Of a stretch of 64,000 nucleotides of DNA, positions 1 to 15,974 are shown piece by piece (the first letter of the stretch is position 1; each line of letters starts with the position of its first letter). The notes under the pieces were generated by a model. It saw only the letters and a program-made list of their open reading frames with translations. It was not told the DNA's origin and searched no databases. The DNA comes from the human T2T-CHM13v2.0 reference genome, Homo sapiens. The translations under genes were made by a program, and so were the position numbers. The stretch lies in NCBI RefSeq assembly GCF_009914755.1, contig NC_060926.1. One strand, given 5' to 3'.

Positions 1-681
1 CTTTCTTTTCTTTGCAAAGTTACTTTTTTTCCTCCAGTGGAAAATGGAATAAAAGGTTCACCTAGGGACTGGAATTAATGTAGTCCTTCTGCCTAGGGTT
101 AAAAAAGAGCAAAATCACAGCTAGCAACATTGTGCAAACCCTAATATATTTAGCTTTTTCTATGAAGAAATAATAAGCCTGTGTTTCTAAGGCAACTTTC
201 TTCCAAGGAGCAGCAAGCAATTTAATTTATATTCTCATTTTCCCCAGCTGTATTTGTTCAAGATAAATGAGGGCTAATATTATTAACCCCATTTTGTGGA
301 TGGGATGATTGAGGCAGACAGATAATGTTGTAGAGAGCAGATAATAAGGAAGATAATGTTGTACTGGGCAGTGCGGAGACGCACCTCGGCAGGAGTAATA
401 ACTAATACCTATTATATCAGACCCACTGAAAGAACTGAAAGTGCGATACTGCATTTGCTGAGAAAAATCGTGTAAGTTCCATATACTTTCAAATGGCTAG
501 TTTGGGATAGACTTACCACTTCTGGCTTAGGCATGAATCCTTGGCATCTCTGTTGAGGTTTGCAAGGCTGTTTGATTCTTAGCATTCAGGATCTGCTTCA
601 CAGGAATCTGCGATTCTTCTGGGTAGGCCACAGGAAAGCTCCGAGGAGACCATAGTATCCAATTAAGAAGGCAGCATTCTT

Positions 682-975
682 TTATATATATATATAAAAT
701 ATATATATAATATATAATATATATAATATATAATATATAAAAATATATAATGTATATAATATATATAAAATATATAATGTATATAATATATAATATATAT
801 AAAATATAATATATATAATATATAATATAAAAATATATAATATATAAAATATATATAATATATAATATATTATATAATATATAATATATAATATATAATT
901 AATATATATAATATATATAATATATAATATATATAATATATAATATATGAATATAATATATATAATATATATATT
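682..975. repeat. AT-rich (TA)n/(TATAA)n low-complexity array derived from the L1 tail
   Basis: About 295 bp of almost pure A/T lying between the left TSD and the L1 3' end. Confidence 0.95.
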
Positions 976-1181
976 TTTATTATACTTTAAGTTCTAGGGT
1001 ACATGTGCACAACGTGCAGATTTGTTACATATGTATACATATACATGTTGGTGTGCTGCACCCATTAACTCGTCATTTATATTAGGTATACCTCCTAATG
1101 CTATCCCTCCCCACTCCTCCAACCCCACAACAGGCCCTGGTGTGTGATGTTCCCCTTCCTGTGTCCAAGGGTTCTCATTGT

Positions 1182-1897
<716 letters not shown>

Positions 1898-1900
1898 CTA

Positions 1901-2377
<477 letters not shown>

Positions 2378-2764
2378 TTAACAAAAAAGTTAATGCACAT
2401 TTAAAAATAAATTAAGTATACTAAAACTGTTTCCCAACTGGAGAAAATGATTTTTTCTTCTTAGAGCTTACTGTTAGTATTAAAACTTCCTTTACTGTGA
2501 GAGAAGCGAATGAGTAATGCTGAGCACTTTCTTTCCTGAGCCACTTATCTGTCAGACCATTGTTGTCATGCCCCCTAATAAATGATTATTAACTGATCTT
2601 TCTATGATCCCATCATACACCTATAAGGCTAGATGATGATGAAAATTCTTTGTCAGAAACAGTAACATCCACAGAATTGATTAGATGTGGAATCCTGGCT
2701 TCTGCTGCAACAGTGGAACTGAGATATTAGGGTGTCCTGAAGCACAAGGTTAAAAGTACCTGGT

Positions 2765-3300
2765 CATGGTGTTGATAAAGGTTAAGCATACAGACCTTGA
2801 AATCAGACAGAACTGCTTAATGTACCATTTACCTGCTATATGTTTTGAATCAGTTACTTAATAGTGCTGAGACTTGTCTCCTCTGAAAAAAAGAGTAATA
2901 AGAACTTGCTCATATTTGGGAGGCTGAGGCAGGTGGATCCCTTGAGGCCAGGAGTTTGAGACCAGCTTTGGCAACATGGCAAAACCCTGTCTCTACAAAA
3001 AATACAAAAATAGCCAGTCATGGTGGTGCACGCCTGTAGTCCCAGCTTCTCGGGAGGCTGAAATGGGAGATCACTTGAGCATAGGAGGTCGAGGCTGCAG
3101 TGAGCTGTGATTGAGCCACTGCACTCCAGCCTGGGTAACAGAGTGAGACCCTGTCTCAAAAAAAGAAAAAAAGAAGAAAAAAAGAACTTGCTCATGGGGT
3201 TGCTATAAGTGTTTTGTGAAACAATATTTGGAAAATGCTAGCACATTGCCTGACACATAGCAAAGACTCAAGAAATGATAGCTTTTAGGTTTATCATCAT
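2765..3300 (+). mobile_element. MIR SINE interrupted by an AluJ
   Basis: MIR-like 5' part before 2900. MIR 3' part (CTAGCACATTGCCTGACACATAGCAAAGACTCAAGAAATG) resumes after the Alu. Confidence 0.65.
2914..3181 (+). mobile_element. AluJ, slightly 5'-truncated
   Basis: GAGGTCGAGGCTGCAGTGAGCTGTGATT (J-type) and an A tail. Exact 14-bp TSD AAGAACTTGCTCAT at 2900-2913 and 3182-3195. Confidence 0.93.
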
Positions 3301-3648
3301 TCATACATTTTAGAACCTACCAATTTGAATTTTATCCGGCTTGCTATTTTTTTTTCCTTTTTTACTTGGTCTATCTCTTGAAGGTTTTCATTGTTGTTGG
3401 TGCTGGTGTTTAACAAGAAATAATTAACTTATTTAGTTAGTAAAGTAGGCAAAATAAGACAGAACTCAGGTTTAACAATACCATGACTGTTAGCTATATG
3501 ATCGTGGAAGGTGAGAAACCTTGCCTGCATTTTTGTTTTCTACTCAGATCACATTCATTAAACTTCTGCAACTAAGAAGGGATAGTGAAGGCGATTAGAA
3601 GGAGGAATAGTGTAAGATCTCATAGTGAGATTCAAGAAAGTAAACTTT

Positions 3649-3948
3649 GGCTGGGCATGATAGTTCACACCTGTAACTCCAGCACTTTGGGAAGCCAAAC
3701 GAGAGAATGATTGAGCCCAGGAGTTCAAGACCAGCCTGGGCAATGTAGTGAGACCCCATCTCTACAAAAAATAAAAACAAAAAAATAGCTGGGTATGGTG
3801 GTACATGCCTGTGGTCCCAGCTACTCAGAAGGTTGAGGGAGGAGAATTGCTTGAGTCTGGGAGGCTGAGCATGAAGTGAGCTGAGATAGTGTCACTGCAC
3901 CCTAGCCTGGGTGATAGAATGAGAATTTGTCTCAAAATACCAAAAACA
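3649..3948 (+). mobile_element. AluJ, full length
   Basis: Dimeric Alu with TTGAGCCCAGGAGTTCAAGACC. TSD AAGAAAGT(A/T)AACTT at 3634-3647 and 3949-3962. Confidence 0.93.
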
Positions 3949-5024
3949 AAGAAAGTTAACTTCTCCACAGACTCTAGAACCTAACCTGGAGAAAGTCCTT
4001 AAAGTTTGAAAGAAGAAATTTAGAGGAAGGAGATTTGAGATACAGTTTGAAGAGTACCTGCTGAAATTATATAACTTTCCACTATAGTATATTTTGAAAC
4101 AAATTTAAAGAGGCTTTAAACTCATTTCATGGGTTTTAGATCCACATTAAGTAACCACCAAAAATGGTCAGGATTAGGGGTCATCCTAAATGTGGTGAAG
4201 GGTCAGTGGAATGGGGTCTGAAGGCATGAGGATAAGAACAAGGAGGGGCATTTGATGCATAAAATGCTTCTGGTACCTTGCCTGGTCCCAGAAGCAGAAT
4301 GCCAGGCTGACTAGACCATCGTCAGACCCAGTATGTATTACATTTCTGATATTCTGAACAGATTGTCTATTGGATTATAACCAGGTAATTCTTCCAAAAT
4401 AATTTAGACAGAAGCAGATATACACACAGTCCTAGTGAACATTACCCAAAATAACTTTATCTATCCATGGTCTCTAAAGGCAAAATGCAATACAAATGAA
4501 AGGTTTGCAGAAGTTTTGATTGGGAGTGGAGGAACTCTTGCTGCATTAATGTGTGGGAATAAAAAGAGTTCCAAATCTAGCAGTGCCTATTTTCTGTTCT
4601 GGAAAATATAGAAAATAACTTGCCTTGCACACACCTCCTCTTCTCTCTCTCTCTTTTTTTAATTATATAGGTTTTGCTCATCCCAAACTGCCACTTTGGA
4701 ATGACTGACTTGTCTGATACTTCTGTGCTTCAGTACATGTTTTATTGCCTGCAGTCTACTTTATGATGTGTTGGTGAGATTGGCCCTTTTTTTGCACACA
4801 AAATCATCAAAGTCCAAATTATTTTTGGACAAATAGAACCACCAAATAACAAAAATTTCAATCTATGAGTTTTAAAAATATAAATGAATACTGTCTACTC
4901 ACTTAGTAATTTTCATTCAAATTTTTTTTTCAAGCATATGTGTTTTCGACTGAGGTTATTGAGGTCTTAGCTCTATAAAGGACCAGTGTTAGATGTGGGA
5001 CATATTAAAGAGATGAACCATACT

Positions 5025-5180
5025 TAGCATAGTAGAAAATATTATAGAATTGCAGTTAGAAGACCTGGTTTGTAATCTCTTCTACTTCCAGCTTTCAAAT
5101 TCACCCTCTGCAAGCTATTTAGCATTTTTAGCCCTCAGTTTCTTCATTTGGGAAAATGTAGAAATATTATCTGAGGTGTT
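5025..5180 (+). mobile_element. MIR SINE
   Basis: Core motif CCTCAGTTTCTTCATTTGGGAAAATG, with AGAAGACCTGGTTTG upstream. Confidence 0.65.
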
Positions 5181-5439
5181 CACCGTTTCATAATTTGTTC
5201 ATAATTTGTCATAAAATGCTCAAAATTTTTAATTCTGTGGAGTTTTATTGTTTTTACTGTTCATTATTCTTTTAAAAAATTGATCTTATCGAACAAAACC
5301 TCTTTTGGGTTCTACAACTTTAAATCAATGCAGCAGGCAGCAATGGAAACAAATCTCTGATAGAAATTCAAAAAGAAAGAAAAACTGATTAGAACACCAC
5401 GCCTTCTGGTATTCATAGCAACACTTACATCATGTTGTT

Positions 5440-5795
5440 CCTCAGCTCAAATAACCTTTGCTGGCCCTTCTCACATGTATAGGTCTTAGCCTTCACCTCC
5501 AACCTTGTGTCTCCTCTCTTCTGTTGCCCTTCTGGGACACTATCTATGTGCCCCAGACCAGCTGAACAGCTTGCCATTTTCTGAATATTTCATGGGCTTT
5601 TTTTTTTTTTGGCTTCCCCTTTGTTGCTGGTGAATTGTGTACTTCCATCTTGACTCACTTTAAATTTTTTATAATACTCATCCTTCCTAATTCTCTTGCC
5701 ACATTTTTTGTTTTTTGAAGCCAATGTCGCTTATCTACCCTGGCACTTGGAACAGTGTGACACAGACAATCAACAAATATTGCTGGAAAATGACT
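5440..5795 (+). mobile_element. L2 LINE 3' fragment
   Basis: Ends in an L2-type terminus CACTTGGAACAGTGTGACACAGACAATCAACAAATATTGCTGGAAAATGA. Confidence 0.5.
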
Positions 5796-6820
5796 AGGAA
5801 TCCAGAAAGCATCCAGTGATTTCAGATCTATAGAACATGTTGTTCTACAAGCCAGTGAAGTATCTTAGGTTTGATGGCGTTTGTGGAAGATAGATATTAA
5901 TGTTCTTCTGGAATTCTTTGCTCTGTATTTGGAGGACATCAGCAGATGGCCATCTCTCTTATCTTGAATTGGGCCACTCTCAACAACTCTGATGTGGAAG
6001 CTAGAGGGTCCAAATTTTACATTTTTCTTTTAATTTTCTGACTTATCAAGACATAAGAATTTCCTGGAGGTTTTTCTACTAGTTCATACATTATCATATT
6101 CAAGATATGTCATGATAAGCTAAGACCACTACAGCCCAGGAAGGCAAAATTTTGATGTCTTGTTCATGGATAACAGAAATCTGAAATCCTAAACGGAAGG
6201 GATTAATTCAGAGTATTGCTCAATGAATGGTGACCAAATGTCTGTGTTAGCGTATCCATCATTAATGAAGAGCATTTGATTAGCTTGGAAAAGGCCAGGT
6301 TTGCTATGACCTTCCCCAGAAAGAAGAACAAGAGGGTGGACAAATGCAAGTACTGGATCTGAGTGTTTCATAAATTGTTTATTTCCAGTATACAAGTACT
6401 ATTTAGAGTGGTTTTTCTTATCACTGGGCTTCAATACTAGCAGTGGTGTAGCCTGTTGGATTCCTTACATACTTCTTGGATACTTCATTGTAAAAGGGGT
6501 ACAAGATGCTTTTTAATAATTCTTTAAACTTACCACGTATCTTAATATTGGGTGAAGCAAGGTTACTGGGAAACATTATTATTATTAATTAGAATATGTG
6601 TTTGTATTTAGTCAAGCATTGGGAGCATGCTCTTTTTCATATTCTATTTAGTTAGCTTCAAGGAGTAATGATGCTTCTCAGCATCTGAATCTCAGAGAGC
6701 TGGAAGACTGGCAACATATATGTCATTATGTCCCACAGTGTCCATTTCAAATACAGAATCTTCTTAAGACCTGGAGTGAGAGCTGTGTTAATTGCTTACA
6801 CAAATATTGGCTAACACTTC

Positions 6821-7130
<310 letters not shown>

Positions 7131-8834
7131 AACACTTTGGTTTTTAAACTGTACCCTAACTTTGACAGTGGAAAATTTTATGTAAGTGTATCAACAAGCA
7201 GATAGGAGATGAGCAGGCCTCTAAAATAGATGTTCAAAAGCTCCTCTGAACAAACCTCATGTGTTGAGTAGGATAATGCATTTTAAGAAGGAGAAAAGTA
7301 GTAAAGGGGACCCCCTTGGCCCCGCTGATATACCTGTAACATGAAGAACAACTCGAGTTTGGGTCTCATCTTAGAAACTTGGCCCCTAATGTATTTAAAT
7401 CAACCTTAGCATTCTGGTGCATCACAATATACAAAATGATGAATGGATTATAAAGTGTTTAGGCCTCAGAATACATATATTGACACAGTTCTTGAGAAGC
7501 AGCAAATCTACTTCATGTTTCTGCTCATATACATAATGCTCTTAGCAGGTCTGCCAGAGAGTCTGTTGTGTCTTCCAATAGGTGTGGAGTGTGGAAACCA
7601 TGGGTAGTTGAGTAGTTGGCATTTGACCGGCCCTGGCTTTTCCAATAGCATTCAACAGTGAATCTGGAGCTGTTGTTTAGATTGGTGCTGTTATCTTATT
7701 TGAGGTTTGAACTTGCTGTATTTCGTGTTTATTCTGTACTATAAGTTGCTCTACCTAAGATTACCAGTGGCTTTGAAAACAAGTGTCTGTTGAATAGTTT
7801 TTTTGTCTCCTCTTTATTTTTGCCAGCTGACCTTTGGCCTGTAACTATAAATAAAGATATTCCTGTCTTGAATGACTAAATAGGAATGAATTTAGAGATG
7901 CTCATATAAATACTATACTATTCTATAAACAGTGAAAGGACTTGGAGAAGCATTCTGAAGTACTAGGAAGATTAAAATTTCTATTGATTCTTATAGCTGA
8001 CATCATGTGGTAGATTAAAGATTTCTAAGACATTTCAGAAGACTTTTTGCAATTGGAATGTATATTTTACAGTATTTTCCTAATATAGATATGGTAACTC
8101 AACAATTGAGAAGTTGTGGGGATTTTTGTTTGTTTGCTTCATATATCAGCATTGCATCAGTGACTAGGCAGTGCTTAATATTTCCTTTTACCCCTTCGCT
8201 AAGTTTTTGATGGCTTCATTTCATTTGACACTTCACACGAGTCCCTAAAACACCAAGACTGTATAATTCATATATCACAGGTGACAGTTCATGGATAACA
8301 TATCATGTTTGGTTCTCTATTAGATCTGCTATAATCTATGGGCCTTGTGATGAATAAAGAGAAAGTGCTCTATCATAGCGCTCTATCACTGTCTATTACC
8401 TGGAAACACTGCACAGACACTAATTAGAGGAGCGTTTTCTAAAGGCCTAGAGTAAGACGAAAATCACAAGTAACTGAACCACAATCTCCCAGCGAGTTTC
8501 AAGCCAGAAGGTGCTGGGCCACAGAATGGTCTGCTACGGTTTTAGGCCCCTTCTTTATGTGGCTGAGGCAAACTTTGGTCCACAACTGCCTGAACCCACG
8601 CATCCACGTATATCTTCTGTCAGTTCTCCAGTGCTTAGAAGAAACTTCAAGCACTATTGCAAATATGCAAATATGTGTTGCATATTTTCGGGCCCTAATA
8701 TGTTCTGAAAACCATACTCTCACTATTGACACAAACCAATTTAATTTGTTTTCATCCACCCCAAGAGAAAATAGGTTAGCCTGGGTTGTTAGAGAGTTCT
8801 TTGAAAAAAGAGGCTCATCTTTTTTGGGTTCTAT

Positions 8835-8980
8835 AAAGTGTTTCTTAACTTTCAATGTGCATACGACTTCTCTGGGATCTTTTTCAAAATGCAGATTCTG
8901 ATTCAGTAGATCTGGGTGGAGCCCAAGATTCTGCATTTCTAACAAGCTGCAGCCCCCTGTCCACACATTGAAGAACAAGG
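8835..8980. mobile_element. MER5-family hAT-Charlie MITE
   Basis: AAAATGCAGATTCTGATTCAGTAGATCTGGGTGGAGCCCAAGATTCTGCATTTCTAACAAGCT. Confidence 0.85.
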
Positions 8981-9959
8981 TTCTAAAAAGAACTCCTTGA
9001 AGTGTATGCCTGAAGACAGTTCGTGGCAGCTCTGAGTTGAAGATAGTGAGGAATTGTTCAGATTCCAGTTAGAAACCCATCTGCCATAGCATGTGTCCTG
9101 TTTATTTCCATTAACAAGTCCTGTTCTCATTATTGATCTGACCAGCCTTGAAGGGTCAGACTTCATCCCTGAAAGAACATCCTGCACCCTGAGCCACAAG
9201 GAAAACCATCCAGCAAGGGGATTAATATCACCCCTTTCGGTATTGACCCTCCACTAGGGGAGCTAGTATTTCTGGCCCTGAGCCAGCTGATCTCATCCAC
9301 AAATTAAGCTGACAGTTCCTCCCAGCAATAAACGTTGTCTTGGAGCCAAGGCAACATTGATTTAATCGGTCTCAAACAGATTCACTGGCCACAATTTCAC
9401 AGATTCCTGAGGGAGAGCCCCCCACTGCGCAGGGGTGCTGCAACCCTCTTTCTTTCCTCTTCTTCTCTCTCCATCTTCACTGATGCTGCTGGTCAGTGGG
9501 TTGGAACCGCTGCACAAGACAGGATGGAGTGAGATGGGCATTGATTAAGGTGAATGGGACTTAGATTAAGGCAGAGGGGACCAGGATCTGGGTCAGAGGA
9601 TGAAGAACAAGGACTGGGAAAGAGCAGAGAGTGAAGAAACATAGGAAAGTAGTTTTCTGTAGATTTGAGACTATTTGATGCCTCTCATAATATGTATACT
9701 TTCTCATGGAATATAAAGTCCATAGATATCAGAAACATAAAAACTTCAAAACTGGAGGAGGAAAGGAGTCTTTCTCATTCTTTGTGTTTATTAGAGGTTT
9801 GCAAAGCAACAACTAGAACAATGGAATCCTGTTAAGTAGTAGTTATGTGGAATATGGAAAGGAATTCAGTAACTGAAATGGATGACTAAGAGGAAGCTAT
9901 TTGCTGGATATATGTGAAGTCCAGTGAACAGATTGGGTACTAGACCTTTTTCTAATGCT

Positions 9960-10148
9960 TCAAGGTCTGGGATTCACAAACTCCCTCAGTTTCAAGGAAT
10001 TCTTGAACCTCCTGAGATTATATCTAATATATGCCAGGTATAATTTGCATGTATGAACATTTTCAGAAACTGAAATAAGTTCCTTTTCTTTCATTAGGAT
10101 ATCAGAGTTGTTTGCAATTTATAAAACGTTAAGCAAAAACAGTGCCCT
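9960..10148. mobile_element. hAT-Charlie relic (Charlie4z-like)
   Basis: Degenerate similarity to the recalled consensus (GAACCTCCTGAGATTATAT...CTTTCATTAGGATATCAGAG...GTTAAG). Confidence 0.45.
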
Positions 10149-10522
10149 AAGAGAAGGACATTTTGGCTATGTGGCTGTGATGTCTGGTAAATTACTCTGT
10201 ACTCCAAACTTGGTCAGAAAATACTTTGTAATAAATTAAGGAAAAAATGGAACCCAACTCCTCCAATAGCAAGAGCTAAGACTGACACTGGTTTTCTTTG
10301 TTAGGATGAACCAACCATTCAAGCTAAGGAGAACTCAAGAGGTGATGGTGAGGAGGGAGCATTTACACTGAAAGGAAACTCAGGCCTAGAATAGTATAAA
10401 TAACTCATCCAGTGTCTCTTGGCAGAGCTAGAATGAAAACCTGTCTCACTCTTAATCTAGTGCACTTTTTTACTTCACCCTAAAGTTCTAATTTAGATGT
10501 CACTGTCAAAAATGTGCTCTAG

Positions 10523-10735
<213 letters not shown>

Positions 10736-11739
10736 TGATGACCTTGAGGGCTTCATGTCCTTGGCATATACCCTTAGACCCAAAATTACTTAGTGATTTT
10801 TAGTTTTTTCTTGTTTTATTGCACAATAATAAAGTTAAAAAGATTGGTTTCCATTTTCAAGACCTTTTTACTTTTGCTATTTAGTCAAAACCCTATTCTA
10901 ACATTTCACAATATTGTAAGAATGCAGAGGGCTATAAATCCATGCCTGAATCTCAGTTTCATGTATTCTGTCCGTGTCTGTAGATTCTCTAGTCCCATAT
11001 GGGTTCATGCAGTTGCATTATGCACTCTGACATCCATGTCATGTCATGTTTATCCAACTGTTTTACTACTAGTCAAAATCAGAAGTTTTTTTCCTTCCCA
11101 GTTCTCCCAACAGGGCCTTCCCAGCTTAGAGAAAAATGAAGCTGTCGGCCATCAGTTTATACATCATCACCAACGATAAACATGCCAGGATCAGAACCTG
11201 CATTTTGTTATCTGACCATTGTTGATGGCAGGGAAAAAAAGACAGCTTGATTTTCATTAGCTGAGCTGACCCCTAGCCCTAGGAGCAGTGGGAAAAAAAA
11301 ATACATTTTGACTGGAAGTAAACTGAGGAAACATGACATGGAGTCAGGGAGGGATTGTAGATCTTTCCCAGAGGTGTGATTTTTTAACAGACTGGCTTTT
11401 GGCGTTTGAGGAAAATCTCAACAACTCTCTGGACAGAATTTTCATAACTGTCCACTTGGCAGGGCTGATGTGTGTCTTGAAATAATTTTCAAGATTTGAT
11501 TTTGAAATCTGAAATTTGATTTTATTGTATGTGCTCTGGTTTTCGTATACAGTGGTCTTGTTTCCTGAGGCCTGGAAATGTAGACAAGTTTCCCCTCCTC
11601 CTGCATTTTATCCCCTTTGTATCTGTGGCCTCTCACAGAGTGGCTGGCACATGGCTATATAAGAAATTCCTCCAAAAGGAGTTAAGTGTTTATGTGGGGA
11701 TGGGAGCTACCTTTTATTTGCCATATGATAGGGGAGAAG

Positions 11740-12260
<521 letters not shown>

Positions 12261-13510
12261 TCCTCTTTTGGTTGCTTCTCTCTTTTGGTATAAATGCTGG
12301 ATGTGCTAGAAATCTAGAGCTAGCTCAATACAACTTTTACATGAATCTCATGGCCTTTCTTTTAAATTTTCTTTGTGATAAAGAAGGAAGAATAAAGGCA
12401 TTAGAATCAGTTAGACATAAAACACATTCTTCTTTTTATAGAGTGTTCAACTAAAAACAAGGGTCTTGACACAACCACTGCCTGAAACAAGATATATTAG
12501 TTGCATAACCAACCCTGTATCTACAAGCAGTTATTTCCTATTTTTCTATTGTATTTACTCTTAAAAGTAATGTTTGTGGCTCTAACAAAAGATAGATAGA
12601 AGAGCTTTATGAAATAGAACATAGGGGAGGTATTGGGAGAATGGAAAGTAGTGGGGAAAGGACCAGGGTGTGGGCAGGGAAGAGAAGAGCAAGGCAGCCG
12701 GAGGGCTGAGGGTTTGGCAAACAGTGCATAGCCTTTGTTGTACTGGTTGGAAAGGCTGCCCTGGTCTTCTTTTTCCATCGTCTGGATGCCACCATATGGC
12801 TACTCTATCTTGGCTGGGGTTTTCAGGGTTAAGATTCAAATCTCTTCTTCTTTTCCTCTTTAGAACTATAATAAAAACACCAGGAGGGTCTTGCTCCCTC
12901 TGGCCAAGAATAAGATGAAAGAACAAAGGAAACTTGATTCTATGCCCAGAAATTGGATTTTCCTTATTGGGTCCATTTTTAAAACCCTGGAGTAGAAGAT
13001 TCACCTGGACTTGGGGCATTTCATTTGGACTAGGCTTAAGATCCTAGGGTAAACAATTGGAATGCTGCTATACAGACTTGGTGGATGCGTTATGAGGTGT
13101 GTGTGTGGGAGGGTGGGAGGTCGGGGGAAGATTAAGGAAATACTTTCAGTAAGAAAGGTTAAGACTTCTGCTAATCATTGGTAGTGAGGCAACAATTCCA
13201 CTCATGGACATTCGCAATTCATTTGAACAAGTATTTGCCAATTGCCTGCTCTTTGTGGGTCAAGGAGGGCAAAGGGTTCTCTGCTCTCCTGGGTGTGGTA
13301 TTATGGTTAGGCTGAACAGCTTACACAGGAAACAGTCAAAGAAACAGTAGAAATAAAGCACTCAGTTGGCTATCATTAACTGGCCCCAGTTTCAATAATT
13401 AGTCTGTAGTATGGGAGTAGACAGAAAGGTCAGTGATCAGTGCTGATTACTGAGGAGCTCTTGTAGCAAATTTCATGAAAGAGGGAATCCTAGCAGGGGA
13501 TACAAGGTAG

Positions 13511-13835
<325 letters not shown>

Positions 13836-13889
13836 CTCCATTTATTGATACATTCTTTTCAGGTCCTTATCTATGCCCTAAGAAAGAAC

Positions 13890-14275
13890 AACAGTTCTCC
13901 TCATGTGCCATATTGTCTTTGTATAAGTGTTCCCTCTGCCTAGAAGGATCCTCTTTGTTTTTATTTGTTCTTTTGATTGTTCATTCATACATAAGCTGGT
14001 TGAATCCTACTTATCTTTCAGAACTTATTTTCTGTGTCACCTCCTCCTCCAGGAAGCCTTCCCAGAGAACTGACTCCCTTCCCCTCCAGCTGCCCCTAGA
14101 TTGAACAGGGTGTTTCTTTTCCATGTTACATCAGCACCTATGCATACCTTACATACAGTGAAATGAGGGCAGATACTGCATCCTTGACCAGCCTCTGGTC
14201 TCCTTTAGCACAGTAATTTGTTTTAGCTTGACAGTCTGTAGTCAACTCAAGAAAGGTTTTTTTGAGTGAGTCAAT
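13890..14275 (+). mobile_element. L2 LINE 3' fragment
   Basis: TGTTCCCTCTGCCTAGAA...TGTCACCTCCTCCTCCAGGAAGCCTTCCC, typical L2 motifs. Confidence 0.6.
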
Positions 14276-15671
14276 AAGAGAATACCAGATAAAGAGTCAT
14301 GAACATCACATTGCTTCATTAGCTGTTTGTTTCTGGGGAGAACATTTTTATAGCAAGGAGTCTCATTTCAGAATCAGAATTTCTAATGCATACCTTATCC
14401 CTGAAAATTATGCGCTTGTCTGGGAGTGATTCCTGCACACCCAGAAGAAGAAACCTCTTAGCATTGGCCATAGGTGATCACGGGCCCCCACTCTCCTGCT
14501 GGGAGATGTATGGCTCCACGTTCCTCCAGGAGTGAGAATGCTGAGGCTGGCTGCTTCTAGGATGAATGAAGGGTCTTGGCAAAGGCTAACTGAACAAGCT
14601 TTGGGGTCCATTTGGAGGTTGACCTTTGTGTGTTGTGCAGCACATGCTCTGCTGGGAATGGGTGCTGTGTTTAGTGATCCACTTTCCCTGTAAGAGATGC
14701 AGAGATGGGAGGCCAACCAGAGAGAGGTTAAAGAGATGTGGGAGACTTACAGCTGGGGATCATTAACAACAATCAAGACCAACATAAAAAGGCAGCAGGA
14801 CTTCTCTCCCTCTTGGCCTTGGACGCCATCTGGATAGAAGAAGTTTGGTTTAAACTTCTTAGCACTCTAAGATGGTTTCTTAAACTGCTCCATAGAAGTC
14901 CCTCAAGGTTGTAAAATCTATCACTCGAAGCCCCTTACCAGAAAATCTGTACCCTTTTAGACTGCAGCAGATGACTGATAACATAAATAGCATACTTACT
15001 TTTTTTTCTCAGAAATACCTGGTAGGCCCAATGGATCTTTTTACACATTCTGAAAGCCATTAACTTTTTCTAATTAGAACTAGACAGGATTCTTCAACTG
15101 CCCCACCCTCATGTCCTTTCTAAGGGCCCACCGTCTGCCAGAGCTGGTTGGAATACAGGTGGACTCCTGAACCTGGGGCAGCCCGGGGACTAAGACAAGG
15201 CCTGGCTAAATGAATCAGAGTTTTTCCCCATCAAGAAAATTAGAAGCAAGAACAGAGGGAATTTGCAGTCTGTGATGGACCCTTGAGATGAAAGGTCAAG
15301 GTCTTATAGAATTAGAGCTGGGTCTGCTTTCCTGATGTCACCTGCACACTGAAGTCATGAAAGGCTGGATAGTGAAGACCTGAGAAAGCAGCCAAGTGGA
15401 GGGGATGGATCAAATGTGCAGAGAGAAGGAAAGATGACACCGTACAGGCCCTAAGAGTTGGAGGTGATGGCCTCAGTGACTGCATGCAGGTTTCCAAGTC
15501 CAGGCCCAACTCTACTGTGTTTCCTGTCCTTGGATGCATGGATGTCCGTGACATCATCATTGTTGTGTCCATCTAACTCTCCTTTCACTAGCTTGAGAGG
15601 TTTTCTATTCCTAGCAATAGAAAATGCTCTGAACTTGTCCCTGTCAGGCTTTACGTGACCATGGCATTTAT

Positions 15672-15974
15672 TTTATTTTATTTTATTTTTTTGAGATGGA
15701 GTCTCACTCTGTTGCCCAGGCTAGAGTGCAGTGGTGTGATCTCAGCTCACTGCAACCTCCAGCCTCCTGGGTTCAAATGATTCTCCCGCCTCAGCCTCCT
15801 TAATAGCTGGGATTACAGGCGCCTGCCATCATGCCCCGCTAGTTTTTGTATTTTTAGTAGAGATGGGGTTTCACCATGTTGGCCAGGTTGGTCTCAAACT
15901 CCCAACCTCAGGTGATCCACCCTCCTTGGCTTCCCAAAGTGCTGGGATTACAGACATGAGCATACATGCCCTGC
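15672..15974 (-). mobile_element. AluS (Sx/Sq-like) with (TTTTA)n tail
   Basis: Full dimer. 16-bp TSD TGACCATGGCA(T/C)TTAT at 15656-15671 and 15975-15990. Confidence 0.95.

Noticed and set aside
682-975. Possible CRISPR-like or encoded repeat array
   Set aside because: No repeat-spacer structure; a simple AT expansion in eukaryotic DNA.
2854-3195. Alu-derived ORFs (also 3558, 6747, 6979, 10550, 11887, 19680, 27076, 31022, 36391, 36459)
   Set aside because: Typical translations of Alu sequence ([16 protein letters not shown]), not genes.
5187-5213. TTCATAATTTG tandem duplication
   Set aside because: An ordinary short slippage duplication.
8499-8978. 159-aa and 114-aa overlapping ORFs
   Set aside because: Partly translated from a MER5 MITE; no recognisable domain, codon pattern or splice structure.
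12521-13019. Four overlapping ORFs up to 145 aa
   Set aside because: No homology recognised; explained by a purine-rich, higher-GC stretch with few stop codons.
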